A DNA stretch of 32,000 nt from a virus, in the IMG/VR virus record IMGVR_UViG_3300035663_000007, positions 14,415 through 46,414 of that record; one strand, 5' to 3'. Both the position numbers and the translations under genes were made by a program. The notes beneath the pieces were generated by a model, which saw nothing but the letters and a program-made list of their open reading frames with translations, did no database searches and was not told the origin of the DNA. Positions 16,826 through 25,575 of this stretch are shown in pieces; within the stretch, counting starts at the first letter, position 1, and every line of letters begins with the position of its first letter.

Positions 16826-16986
16826 TTCATCCTCATCCAATTTTTAATTAAATCATCCTTAATCATACTCTGTATGACTAATTCGATAATGTGTTCCTTG
16901 GCTTGTTCCAAGGTTAGGCTGTCAACATTTTGCCTGATTATTGCGAGTTTGAATTGTTGCTCCATCGTTAATTGTACAGGTTCCAT
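16822..16986 (-). CDS. nblA: NblA-like phycobilisome degradation protein (54 aa, missing from the ORF track)
   Basis: Reverse-strand translation MEPVQLTMEQQFKLAIIRQNVDSLTLEQAKEHIIELVIQSMIKDDLIKNWMRMK matches the NblA layout 'LTLEQQFxLRxxxxxVxxxSLEQAxEFLxELxxQMMxRxNxxxxLxK'. Confidence 0.82.
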   Translation of the reverse strand: MEPVQLTMEQQFKLAIIRQNVDSLTLEQAKEHIIELVIQSMIKDDLIKNWMRMK

Positions 16987-17133
16987 TGTTTCCTCTTTTG
17001 ATTAGTTGATTATGGACTATATTACTTCTGGACATTGCAATACTATAGAAAATTGATTCTATATATATTATATCAAAAAAACAATCGTTTTGTATCCCCC
17101 TGATACAAAATCTAAAATAGTTTGCTTTACCTG

Positions 17134-17162
17134 TTGACACCTGTTGATATTTTGTGTAGTAT
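17134..17162 (+). promoter_or_regulatory. promoter TTGACA-N17-TAGTAT
   Basis: -35 17134-17139, -10 17157-17162. Confidence 0.55.
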
Positions 17163-17211
17163 TAGAAATGTAGAGAACAGTAACCAACACAAAGCAAAGA
17201 GGACAAACGCC

Positions 17212-18003
17212 ATGACAACCACCACAACCAAAACCACTAAAACCACACCTGAGTGGAAATGGAACAATGATCTAGGGCGTGATGCCCTGAAACTCCCTAC
17301 AAAGGGGTATTACGTCGATGATAGAGGGAACATCTGGAAAGATAATGGTGACTCCATTGGTAACGTCACCCCGTTACCGAACTCCGTTAAGGTGACAAAA
17401 CTGGAATGGGTTGTCACCCAGGAAGAAAAACAGGAGACTGTTACCTGTCAAAAACTCCAAGGGAGTTATCAAAAAACACAGTCTCCCGCCCGTCGTAAAG
17501 AGTCCCCCGATGGGATGCGGGGCGGTAATTCTCAATGGGGCGAAGTTTCTGGCCCCAAAGCTCATTTTGTGGCTGACGAATATCAGGTGACAGTCACCTA
17601 TATGGCTTTGGTTGCCGTAAATCAATTCGGGGAAGCTGTGGAAGGGAAACCTAAATTTCCTAGTGCCACAACCATTGCCTACGAAACGGGCTATGGAGAA
17701 ACCACAGAATATTCTGTGACCGATTTGGCGGTTTTGGAATTGCCTACCGAGAAGGTAGAGAAGGTCTACACAGACCAACGAAAACACCTCTATGGAGAGG
17801 CAATCAAGGTTGTCAAAGAATACCTTGACAATTTAGATAAACCCGTTGAAGGGCTGTTAAAGGTCGGTGACAGCGTGATTCACCCTGTATATGGGCAGGG
17901 GATTGTCACAAAAGCCTTTGGGACTAAAAACCCCACCTACCAGTCCGTTTGCGCGGATTTCCCCTGCGGGAACAAGATGGTAGGAAAATGTGACCTGATA
18001 TAA
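17212..18003 (+). CDS. hypothetical protein
   Basis: Start set at ATG 17212 (MTTTTTKTTKTTPEWKW...), downstream of the promoter; the track start at 17122 lies upstream of the promoter. Confidence 0.65.
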   Translation: MTTTTTKTTKTTPEWKWNNDLGRDALKLPTKGYYVDDRGNIWKDNGDSIGNVTPLPNSVKVTKLEWVVTQEEKQETVTCQKLQGSYQKTQSPARRKESPDGMRGGNSQWGEVSGPKAHFVADEYQVTVTYMALVAVNQFGEAVEGKPKFPSATTIAYETGYGETTEYSVTDLAVLELPTEKVEKVYTDQRKHLYGEAIKVVKEYLDNLDKPVEGLLKVGDSVIHPVYGQGIVTKAFGTKNPTYQSVCADFPCGNKMVGKCDLI

Positions 18004-18055
18004 CGCCTATGACTGCGCTTGTTCTCGAATTGACACATTGTTTTAGGAGAGTTAA

Positions 18056-18250
18056 ATGGAAGTATTAGCACAGCATTATCTAAATTACAGAGAGCAAAGA
18101 GACGATGCTTTCGTTGATAGAAATGACAAGATTTGGAATGAATCCAATAATGCTATGGAGCGAATTCTATCTCGCGTCCCAAATGAAAAAATGGTTGAGT
18201 TTAAGTCAATCGTTTCAAGGCTATCAAGTCAAGACCAAAATGAAGAATAA
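18056..18250 (+). CDS. small hypothetical protein
   Basis: 64-aa ORF with RBS 'taggaga'. Confidence 0.5.
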   Translation: MEVLAQHYLNYREQRDDAFVDRNDKIWNESNNAMERILSRVPNEKMVEFKSIVSRLSSQDQNEE

Positions 18251-18277
18251 ACACACTTTACCAGAGAAAATACAGCC

Positions 18278-18658
18278 ATGAAAATCATCAACGCCACTCC
18301 CCATCAAATCATTATCTGTTCAGGTGAAGGGGTTAACCAAGACCCTAAAACCAAGCAATTCACAGCTTCGGCTGTTGAGATCCTCCACACCCTGCCACCA
18401 TCGGGAATCATCCCCCGCGTGGCGATGGGGAATACCGAAGCCGAACCCATTTTAGGTATTCCAGTCCAAAGCGTTCAATATGGCGAGATTGAGGGACTCC
18501 CCCCTGCGTCTCCCGACACTTATTATATAGTGTCGGGACTGGTAGCAGCAGCCGCCGTTAAAGTGAACCGGGCTGATTGCCTGGCTCCGGGTGCGCTAGT
18601 CAGAAATGCCAATAACCCATCAGAGGTGTTAGGCTGTCTTTTTTTGCAAAAGCCCTGA
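18278..18658 (+). CDS. hypothetical protein, possibly extended by -1 frameshift
   Basis: 126-aa ORF; see zinc-ribbon extension to 18765. Confidence 0.6.
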   Translation: MKIINATPHQIIICSGEGVNQDPKTKQFTASAVEILHTLPPSGIIPRVAMGNTEAEPILGIPVQSVQYGEIEGLPPASPDTYYIVSGLVAAAAVKVNRADCLAPGALVRNANNPSEVLGCLFLQKP

Positions 18659-18769
18659 TTGGCGACGGTTGCCCCCGGTGTGGTAGTCATAGGCTGGTTA
18701 GATATGGTTACACCGAACACGGTCGCCGCCGAATGAAATGCAAGGATTGTAATAAATTATTTTAAAATC

Positions 18770-18801
18770 AACCCTCTAAATATTTAGAGGGTTCTTTTTT
18801 T
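18770..18801 (+). terminator. intrinsic terminator, perfect 24-bp palindrome plus T-run
   Basis: AACCCTCTAAATATTTAGAGGGTT (18770-18793) followed by CTTTTTTT; between convergent genes. Confidence 0.85.
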
Positions 18802-18803
18802 GA

Positions 18804-19493
18804 TTATCTGATAATCGTTAACGTCGTAGTCTCTGGCAACTTCACCCACGGATAAACGATCCGCCAAACATCGTGACTATAAATATTTTTCGTCATGTAC
18901 CGGGCGTCGGGAACTTGTTTAATCTCTATCCCCATCTTAATACTCATCGCTTTGAGAGGTCGCCAACTGAAGTTAGACTCATGAACTTTATTGAACTTGG
19001 CAACCCTGATGATTGACGAATAATCAAAAAGTTCATCCAAAGCCTCGGACAGTTGATTGTTTTCTTCCTCAAGCAGTGCTTTCTCGGCCTCTAACTTTTC
19101 TACCTCTAACGCCAATCGTCCAGCCTCTAGCAAAGCCTGAGCATAGGTTTGTGGTAACGCAAGCGGGGTCTGAACGTGGTTATTCTTAGCAAGGGAGAAA
19201 GCCTCAACTAACCGTTCTTTGCAATCCAAAACCTGATCACTGTTTCGGGAAAACGTCATCAAAAGTGTTGCTTGTGCTTCATTCAAGAAACAGTAAGAGA
19301 CTTCGTAAGCCCCACCCTGCGGGCGTCTCACCACGTCCGTTTTAAACGCGACTGGTGTTTTTCGTTCTAATCGGTCTAAATACTTTGTGATTGTTTGCAG
19401 TAAGTTCTTATGTTGAATCCCCAGTTCATCAGCAATCAATCGGGAATCGACAACTAAGGTGTCATTCTGTGTGGTAATGTCAAGAATAGCCAT
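18804..19493 (-). CDS. Rha-family phage regulatory protein
   Basis: 'VVDSRLIADELGIQHKNLLQTITKYLDRLERKTPVAFKTDV...GGAYEVSYCFLNEAQATLLMTFSRNSDQVLDCKERLVEAF'. Confidence 0.85.
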   Translation of the reverse strand: MAILDITTQNDTLVVDSRLIADELGIQHKNLLQTITKYLDRLERKTPVAFKTDVVRRPQGGAYEVSYCFLNEAQATLLMTFSRNSDQVLDCKERLVEAFSLAKNNHVQTPLALPQTYAQALLEAGRLALEVEKLEAEKALLEEENNQLSEALDELFDYSSIIRVAKFNKVHESNFSWRPLKAMSIKMGIEIKQVPDARYMTKNIYSHDVWRIVYPWVKLPETTTLTIIR

Positions 19494-19666
19494 TGTTTAC
19501 TCCGTATAAGTAAGTTGTGGTTAGACCCGTTCAAAAGCCAAAAACTTTTGGCGGGTTGCCTATTTATATTATAATACAAACCCAATATCTTCACCAATAA
19601 AAATAACCCAACAATTAATAAATCATCGGGTTAGTGTTGTCCAATTTTAATCAGTGTGCATTATTA

Positions 19667-20056
19667 TTATAGCACCCTATTCAAAGGTTTTCTTTCTGGA
19701 AATAAATCTTTAATTGACCTGACAGCATCAATATAAGACTTACCGAGGTATGTTCCATTCTCTCCAAAACTAACAGGGATATCAGAAACCGCCCACCACC
19801 CAGACCGACTTCTGAACTCAATATACCAATAACCATATTGGGTATTTTCTCCCGTTGTTTGGGATATTAAATTATTTAATTGTTCTGTTTTTGTTTGCAT
19901 TCGCAACATCATTTCCTCTCTAATTTTCCCTTGAAGTTCCCAGATATCTTTTTTAATAATGTCGTTCATCTGATTAGCTAATCTCATCTTGTACCCTGAA
20001 TCCGTAGCATTCTCGTACTCGGTTATTAAATTTTTTAATGCTTCCGTATCCATCAT
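19667..20056 (-). CDS. hypothetical protein
   Basis: 129-aa ORF; start/stop overlaps the next upstream ORF. Confidence 0.5.
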   Translation of the reverse strand: MMDTEALKNLITEYENATDSGYKMRLANQMNDIIKKDIWELQGKIREEMMLRMQTKTEQLNNLISQTTGENTQYGYWYIEFRSRSGWWAVSDIPVSFGENGTYLGKSYIDAVRSIKDLFPERKPLNRVL

Positions 20057-20292
20057 CCCACCTCAAAAGTAACAACATTCCACTTCAATTCTACCTGTAA
20101 TTCTACCTGTAATTTTACCTGTTCTGATATCCATTTGTCCATACACGAATTAATAAAAACAGGATAATCATTACGAGATTGTAGCCATTGTTTAGGATAC
20201 TTAACTTTCAATTCCTTAATCGTGAAAGTTTCCTCGGATACGGTAACTTCACGATCCAATGCAATCAGTTTAATTTTAGTTGAATTATTCAT
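20053..20292 (-). CDS. hypothetical protein
   Basis: 79-aa ORF. Confidence 0.45.
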   Translation of the reverse strand: MNNSTKIKLIALDREVTVSEETFTIKELKVKYPKQWLQSRNDYPVFINSCMDKWISEQVKLQVELQVELKWNVVTFEVG

Positions 20293-20364
20293 AATAAAAA
20301 GGGACTGGGTTGTGTTGGTGTTGCATTAAATACAATCTAATGCCCTCCAGGGCAAGAGATTGTC

Positions 20365-20811
20365 TCAGGTTTGATTGCCGTCGTTAGTGTTTGAATTACT
20401 TGCATTGGTAGATACCCCTTTTAACTTCTTTATTATTGCAATAGCTTTTTGATGTTCCGTTGCTAGATGCTGATATTTCTCCTGTATATTAACTAGCTGT
20501 TCAGAAAAATTAGAGTTAGTTTTCTCCTGTAGCGCGGCTATCTTTTCCCTGAGTTCGTTGTTTTCAACCTCAAGCCTGTTTAAATCATTCTCCCTATAAT
20601 TAGCCTCCCTCTGAAGGCTTTTAATTTCACTCTGTAATTCAACTATAACCTTGATGTTTTTGGTATCAAAAATTCTATTGATAGCAATACCAATTACACT
20701 ACTACCACCCAACAGAACGGTAATCAAACCAAATACTGATTGAATCGTTTGGTCTGTAGTAGCTGTTGTTGTATTTGATTGGAGAATAACATGAAAAAAA
20801 GACATCAACAT
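20365..20811 (-). CDS. membrane-anchored coiled-coil protein (possible lysis/holin-spanin-like)
   Basis: Hydrophobic 'SVFGLITVLLGGSSVIGIAI' then 'ELQSEIKSLQREANYRENDLNRLEVENNELREKIAALQEK'. Confidence 0.45.
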   Translation of the reverse strand: MLMSFFHVILQSNTTTATTDQTIQSVFGLITVLLGGSSVIGIAINRIFDTKNIKVIVELQSEIKSLQREANYRENDLNRLEVENNELREKIAALQEKTNSNFSEQLVNIQEKYQHLATEHQKAIAIIKKLKGVSTNASNSNTNDGNQT

Positions 20812-20828
20812 TTTGATTACGAGGGTAA

Positions 20829-21359
20829 TTAACTTTTGTAGGCATATTTAATTGATAACATAATCTCTGCAAGCATTGAAGAAAACACCCCGCAAGCTAA
20901 GGAAGATATACTGCCATTTTGCTTGATTCCTACAGACAAAAAGAAAACTACTATAAACAATACTGAAAGGATGTGGCAGATATTTAAAAGAATATAGCAA
21001 GCAGTCCAAACAGAGGAGCTAATTTCACTACTAAACTCTTTCTTGAACTTGTAGACGAAACACCAACAAATTATCCCGCCAATCCCCACCCCAAGGGTGA
21101 TAGCGTTTAAAAAATCAATACTCTCATTTATCCATCCAATAGATGTTTCTAATGGGGTAAAAATCATTCCAAACAATCCGACCAGAATCATCACCAGGAA
21201 ATGATGATTAAAAAATAATGCCTGAACTATATATTTAATTCTAAAAACAGGGCGTGGCATATTGCAATATTTACCCCCTCTTTCTAAAATCGTAAGACTC
21301 ACCCTCTTTTTTTCGCTCTTTGAGTTTTTTGCTACGTTCATAGTGATGCCCCAATACAA
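20829..21359 (-). CDS. multi-pass membrane protein
   Basis: 176 aa with several hydrophobic segments. Confidence 0.5.
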   Translation of the reverse strand: MYWGITMNVAKNSKSEKKRVSLTILERGGKYCNMPRPVFRIKYIVQALFFNHHFLVMILVGLFGMIFTPLETSIGWINESIDFLNAITLGVGIGGIICWCFVYKFKKEFSSEISSSVWTACYILLNICHILSVLFIVVFFLSVGIKQNGSISSLACGVFSSMLAEIMLSIKYAYKS

Positions 21360-21630
21360 GGAAAAGCGATAAAAAACTTATAATAATTTGAATTATTAAA
21401 GTTGATATTTTCATATTATCAAACTTGTCATAACCTATCTTGTTAAAGCTGTCAAACAATAACATCAATCCGTTATTTATCAACAGAGTAGATGACAAGT
21501 ATTGATTCAACTTTCGGTTATCGAATATCAAGGAAAATCCATTAATAATAGAAATCAGTCCGGCAAAGAAAAGCAGGAAGGCATAACCGGATTGATTAAA
21601 CGGGAGTGAGAAAATTGATATTGATATCAT
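21271..21630 (-). CDS. multi-pass membrane protein
   Basis: 119 aa, hydrophobic; overlaps the previous ORF in another frame, so the start of the 176-aa ORF may be further downstream. Confidence 0.4.
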   Translation of the reverse strand: MISISIFSLPFNQSGYAFLLFFAGLISIINGFSLIFDNRKLNQYLSSTLLINNGLMLLFDSFNKIGYDKFDNMKISTLIIQIIISFLSLFLVLGHHYERSKKLKERKKEGESYDFRKRG

Positions 21631-21962
21631 TCTATTGGTGTTAATGGGTTGTTTTTTGACGCTTCAATTGCAGCTAGTTCTGTCGCTTTTCTGGTGGCTA
21701 TTATTCCCATTGCCTTAGTAACCAAAGCAATTTTTATCCATTCCATCCGCTCTGAAAATCCAGGAAACTCGACTTCTAATTCATTGGGTGTTCCCAAGTT
21801 TAAGATACCTTCACCTGGGCTTGTCCCCAAAACTTCTCCAGTCTCAAGATTGACAATCGAATATTGGTGGCACAGTTCAATTACAACATCCAATAAAATC
21901 CCACTCACAGGAATCTGTTGGCTTTGTAATACAAAAAAATGGTCTTTTTTTTCAATAGTCAT
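21627..21962 (-). CDS. hypothetical protein (tail-fibre adjacent)
   Basis: 111 aa; abuts the tail fibre gene. Confidence 0.5.
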   Translation of the reverse strand: MTIEKKDHFFVLQSQQIPVSGILLDVVIELCHQYSIVNLETGEVLGTSPGEGILNLGTPNELEVEFPGFSERMEWIKIALVTKAMGIIATRKATELAAIEASKNNPLTPIE

Positions 21963-21964
21963 GA

Positions 21965-23521
21965 TTATGCTCCTATTAATCCGTGTGTAATTAAATCATC
22001 AATCAACGCCTTTACCCTTTCTGCTAACCCTTCCAGGGTAACAGTTGACGTTGTAAAGGTTGTGCGAGTTGGTGTTCCAGTTGGTGCAGTCCATCCGGTT
22101 CTTCTGGTAGAAACAACCTGGGTTGCATTCAAAGATAAAGCACCTCTGAAAAAGTTATTGGTGATTTCAATATCACCAATTGTTACGGTGTTTGAGCCGT
22201 TTCCGGTGGCGTTGTAGCCAAAAACTTGCTCATTTGTTGCATTCTGGGTTCCTTTGGTGTTCACGCCAAAGAAGCAGGAGTTATTTGAGACAGTTAATCC
22301 CGTAATCCCGTCAGCGATGTAACGTCCTGCACCAACTCCAAAACCTGCCAAATTACTCCCTGTTATATTGCTGAAAAGCGCACCAACTCCAGAGGCAGTT
22401 AAATTATTCCCTGTAGTGTTATTTTCTAAAGCCCCAACGCCAAAAGCAGACGAATTATTCCCTGTAGTATTAGAACGAAGCGTATTAAGTCCAGCGGCAG
22501 TTAAACTACTCCCTGTAATATTGGACAAAAGCGCACTAACTCCAACTGCCGTTGAATAATTCCCTGTGGTGTTATTTTGTAAAGCCCCAGTTCCAAAACC
22601 TGCCATACCAATACCTGTGGTATTGGCCTGGAGCACACTAACTCCTGTTATTGTATTTGTGCCTAAACTCCCCCCTCCTCTCCCAATAGGAATCAAATTA
22701 TAAGAATTGGCACTAACAGTACCAGCAAAAATAGCACCCGTAACCCCTAAACTAGCGACCCTTAAAGCCCCTGTAGTTGTTGATGTTGATGCCGTTGCGC
22801 TAGTTGAAATCAAGTCCCCTGTGATAGTCCCACCTGCCAATGAAAGATAGGAATTAATATCAATAGAATAAGTCCCATCCCCTGTTTTTTTTAGGAATCC
22901 TGGGGTGTCGGATAGCGATTGAAGGGCAATTAATTCGTTGCCGATACTGTTAGTTGAAACCGCAGTTACTTGACCCTTAGCATTGACAGTAATAGCAGGA
23001 ATTGAACTAGCACTACCGAAAGAACCAACATTACTATTGACCGTTGCCAGTGTTATCGCACTTGTAACATTGGCTGAACCATCAAAACTAACTAAATAAC
23101 TTGCATCCCCCGTTGTTGCAATTGTCCGTGGCGTGCTTAGTTTTAAAGCCTCTCCCGCAGTAGCAGAACTCGATATCTCAACATAAACAGAACCCGACCA
23201 TCGGTAAACTTTATTAGTCGTTTCGTCAACATAAATCTTTCCAGTCTCGCCAGTGCCTGGGAACCCGGCAAGGTTTGTATAACTCAGGACATCATCAACA
23301 TAAGACGGTAAAAGCCCAGATGAAATTGTGCCAGACGCGGCGTTTAAACTTGTTAAAACTTCGTTGCCAGTAGATGCGATCGCACCAACATCAGAAGCGG
23401 TTAAACTAATCTGAGCTTTAGGAACCTTGGTATTTGAATCCAAGGTAGCCACACCATTAGCCATTGCCTTCTCTAATTGCAAAACAATCAAAGAATAATC
23501 AATATCCGAAAACATTCCCAT
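21965..23521 (-). CDS. tail fibre / adhesin-like protein with YadA-head-like repeats
   Basis: Repeated 'GxGALxNNTTGxxxTAxGxxAL' units and collagen-like/linker N-terminus. Confidence 0.75.
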   Translation of the reverse strand: MGMFSDIDYSLIVLQLEKAMANGVATLDSNTKVPKAQISLTASDVGAIASTGNEVLTSLNAASGTISSGLLPSYVDDVLSYTNLAGFPGTGETGKIYVDETTNKVYRWSGSVYVEISSSATAGEALKLSTPRTIATTGDASYLVSFDGSANVTSAITLATVNSNVGSFGSASSIPAITVNAKGQVTAVSTNSIGNELIALQSLSDTPGFLKKTGDGTYSIDINSYLSLAGGTITGDLISTSATASTSTTTGALRVASLGVTGAIFAGTVSANSYNLIPIGRGGGSLGTNTITGVSVLQANTTGIGMAGFGTGALQNNTTGNYSTAVGVSALLSNITGSSLTAAGLNTLRSNTTGNNSSAFGVGALENNTTGNNLTASGVGALFSNITGSNLAGFGVGAGRYIADGITGLTVSNNSCFFGVNTKGTQNATNEQVFGYNATGNGSNTVTIGDIEITNNFFRGALSLNATQVVSTRRTGWTAPTGTPTRTTFTTSTVTLEGLAERVKALIDDLITHGLIGA

Positions 23522-23522
23522 G

Positions 23523-23975
23523 TTAATATCCTCTCACTAATCGGACTGATTTACCACTAGGAATTACTAACTCAATGGCGGGGTATAGAACATTATTAAT
23601 GGCTTCAAAGTTTAGATTTTCACCGGATGAAAATGTTAATCCATTAATAGTTACATCCCCTACGAGTACCTTTAAATAAATGAAATAACTACCAGTTGCA
23701 ATTGTTGTATTTGTTGTTAGCAATCTACAATCTAACTCGGCGGTTATTGTTGGTAAAGAGACTGGGACTCTACCACTTGATAAAGATGGAAGTTTGGCGT
23801 TGATCGCCGTTGACGTGGCTTCTTTTGCAAGTGTAGAAAAGCCGCCCCCGCTTGACGTTCCTAGTGCTAAATTTATCTCAGCAATCTGTTCTATGGTTTC
23901 TTCTATGTTCGGACTCTCAGACTCTAATCTATTCAATAGATTTGATTTTCTAAGTTGTAAATAGGCTTCACTCAT
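23523..23975 (-). CDS. hypothetical structural protein
   Basis: 150 aa immediately upstream of the fibre gene. Confidence 0.5.
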   Translation of the reverse strand: MSEAYLQLRKSNLLNRLESESPNIEETIEQIAEINLALGTSSGGGFSTLAKEATSTAINAKLPSLSSGRVPVSLPTITAELDCRLLTTNTTIATGSYFIYLKVLVGDVTINGLTFSSGENLNFEAINNVLYPAIELVIPSGKSVRLVRGY

Positions 23976-24136
23976 TTAATCACCTCCGCTTGCAAAATAT
24001 TCTCAGAATCAGATCCTTTATTTCTTTTTTCCCACTCATTGATTGCAACATTTAGATCATCTTCAGTCACGGAACTAAGCTGATCTAAGTATTCAAAACC
24101 TGGTAGAGTTTCATCTGGTAATAATATTTTTTCCAT
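23972..24136 (-). CDS. small hypothetical protein (54 aa, not in ORF track)
   Basis: MEKILLPDETLPGFEYLDQLSSVTEDDLNVAINEWEKRNKGSDSENILQAEVIK; ATGA overlap with the 150-aa ORF. Confidence 0.5.
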   Translation of the reverse strand: MEKILLPDETLPGFEYLDQLSSVTEDDLNVAINEWEKRNKGSDSENILQAEVIK

Positions 24137-25427
24137 TTAATACCTTATTTAGTTCTTGAGTTAATTTGTCAGTTGAAATCATGCTTAGATAGTCAAGATC
24201 CTCAATTTCTTGAGAGTTGGACTCATCATGATCGGGGTCTAACTGTTGTTTAAATGGGTCAATATAAAATCTTGGCCAGATAATTCTATATTGCCATTGT
24301 TCTCTGGGATATCCCTGCAATGCCAACTCTAAATTAAAGATTTGTTTGAAACCCGTTGACAGGCTTTGACGGAAATCATTAATTAATCTAGCATAAGCTC
24401 TTTCTGGCCCCCCCGATATTTCTCTAGCACCAATCCCAGGAAATCCCAACATCCAAGGGGGAATCCTTGACCGTCTGACAAATCGAGCCATAAAAAATTC
24501 GGCTGCTTTCAATAGGGCGGTGATGTCAGGATTGGAATTACTTAATTTTTTAATGTCACCCCCGCCATACATATAAAGGTCGGTCAAAATCTTTTGATTT
24601 TTAGCCCCTTCATACATAATTTTATACTCATTAGCTTGTTCTTCATCATATTCGCACGGGAGAATATGAATATTAGGGTTGATCCCCACAGCGTGAGAGG
24701 CTTCGGCAATATCATCAAGGATCTGCTCAATCCGACACCAATCTTTTAAGCATTCAAGAAACAACGCTCTACCATATAAATTGTCGCGTCGGTATCTCCA
24801 ATGAACTATTGAGATAGGATGGAACTGAATCGGATCGGGATCTCTTAATAAAGCTCGTTGCTCAAATCCCAGTAACTCCCCTTGTTTGGTTTCCAGCCTG
24901 AACATTTCCCAAGTCGGGAGATACAAAATCCTTTCAATTCGCATCGCCTTAGAATTGATTCCTAGGGACGCAAAACTATCGCCATAAGCTAACAACCTTT
25001 CCCCTACAATCTTGGGTTCTGAGGGCATTAAAACTTCTCTAATCACCCGTCTCAATATTTCTTGAATCTTTGGATCAACCTTAGTTTTATTGTCATTCAA
25101 AGTATCAGAAATATCAAAGCCCTGGTCATCTCCATCGTGGGAAGTCCAGGCATCCCCATTGATAGCGTCATAGGCAGTTGCAGCCTCCGAGCAACAATAA
25201 CGAAGCTCAATTAACTGAGTAGCTAGGTTGGGGTTTCTAACGGGAATCTCAGGAATCTCAAGGTCATAATCACGCCCTTCTTGAGTGGTGTCGTTGTAAG
25301 TCCAGTTACGCCACCCTGAGCGCGGTCGTTGTTGCCCTTCTATCTCGGTACGATTCCAAACAGTTAGGAATCGCCATATCTTCTCAAAGATCCGATTTCT
25401 CCCTGGTGTGGGATTTGGTGATCTCAT
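24111..25427 (-). CDS. phage portal-like protein
   Basis: 438 aa; 'EFFMARFVRRSRIPPWMLGFPGIGAREISGGPERAYARLINDFRQSLSTGFKQIFNLEL' is portal-like; genomic context with terminase. Confidence 0.55.
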   Translation of the reverse strand: MRSPNPTPGRNRIFEKIWRFLTVWNRTEIEGQQRPRSGWRNWTYNDTTQEGRDYDLEIPEIPVRNPNLATQLIELRYCCSEAATAYDAINGDAWTSHDGDDQGFDISDTLNDNKTKVDPKIQEILRRVIREVLMPSEPKIVGERLLAYGDSFASLGINSKAMRIERILYLPTWEMFRLETKQGELLGFEQRALLRDPDPIQFHPISIVHWRYRRDNLYGRALFLECLKDWCRIEQILDDIAEASHAVGINPNIHILPCEYDEEQANEYKIMYEGAKNQKILTDLYMYGGGDIKKLSNSNPDITALLKAAEFFMARFVRRSRIPPWMLGFPGIGAREISGGPERAYARLINDFRQSLSTGFKQIFNLELALQGYPREQWQYRIIWPRFYIDPFKQQLDPDHDESNSQEIEDLDYLSMISTDKLTQELNKVLNGKNIITR

Positions 25428-25506
25428 TGTTTATAAGGATAAAATTATCTTAATCCTATCACAATATTATTAATAACTTAAAGTGCAATGCTGTATAATA
25501 GAAAAG

Positions 25507-25543
25507 AGAAAAGCCGGAAGGTTCTATCTTTTCCGGCTTTTCT
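25507..25543 (+). promoter_or_regulatory. 13-bp perfect hairpin in the 5' leader of the BRO gene
   Basis: AGAAAAGCCGGAA (25507-25519) / TTCCGGCTTTTCT (25531-25543), directly after a TATAAT at 25493-25498. Confidence 0.6.
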
Positions 25544-25575
25544 CAAAAAACATTACAAATCACTGAAAAGTTCTT

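Noticed and set aside
16922-17140. 72-aa minus-strand ORF
   Set aside because: Overlaps the better supported NblA ORF in another frame and has a composition unlike a phage protein.
17374-17787. 137-aa minus-strand ORF
   Set aside because: Antisense to the long rightward ORF 17212-18003, low-quality composition.
22368-22559. 63-aa plus-strand repetitive ORF (also 21939..22217)
   Set aside because: Antisense shadows of the repetitive tail-fibre gene.
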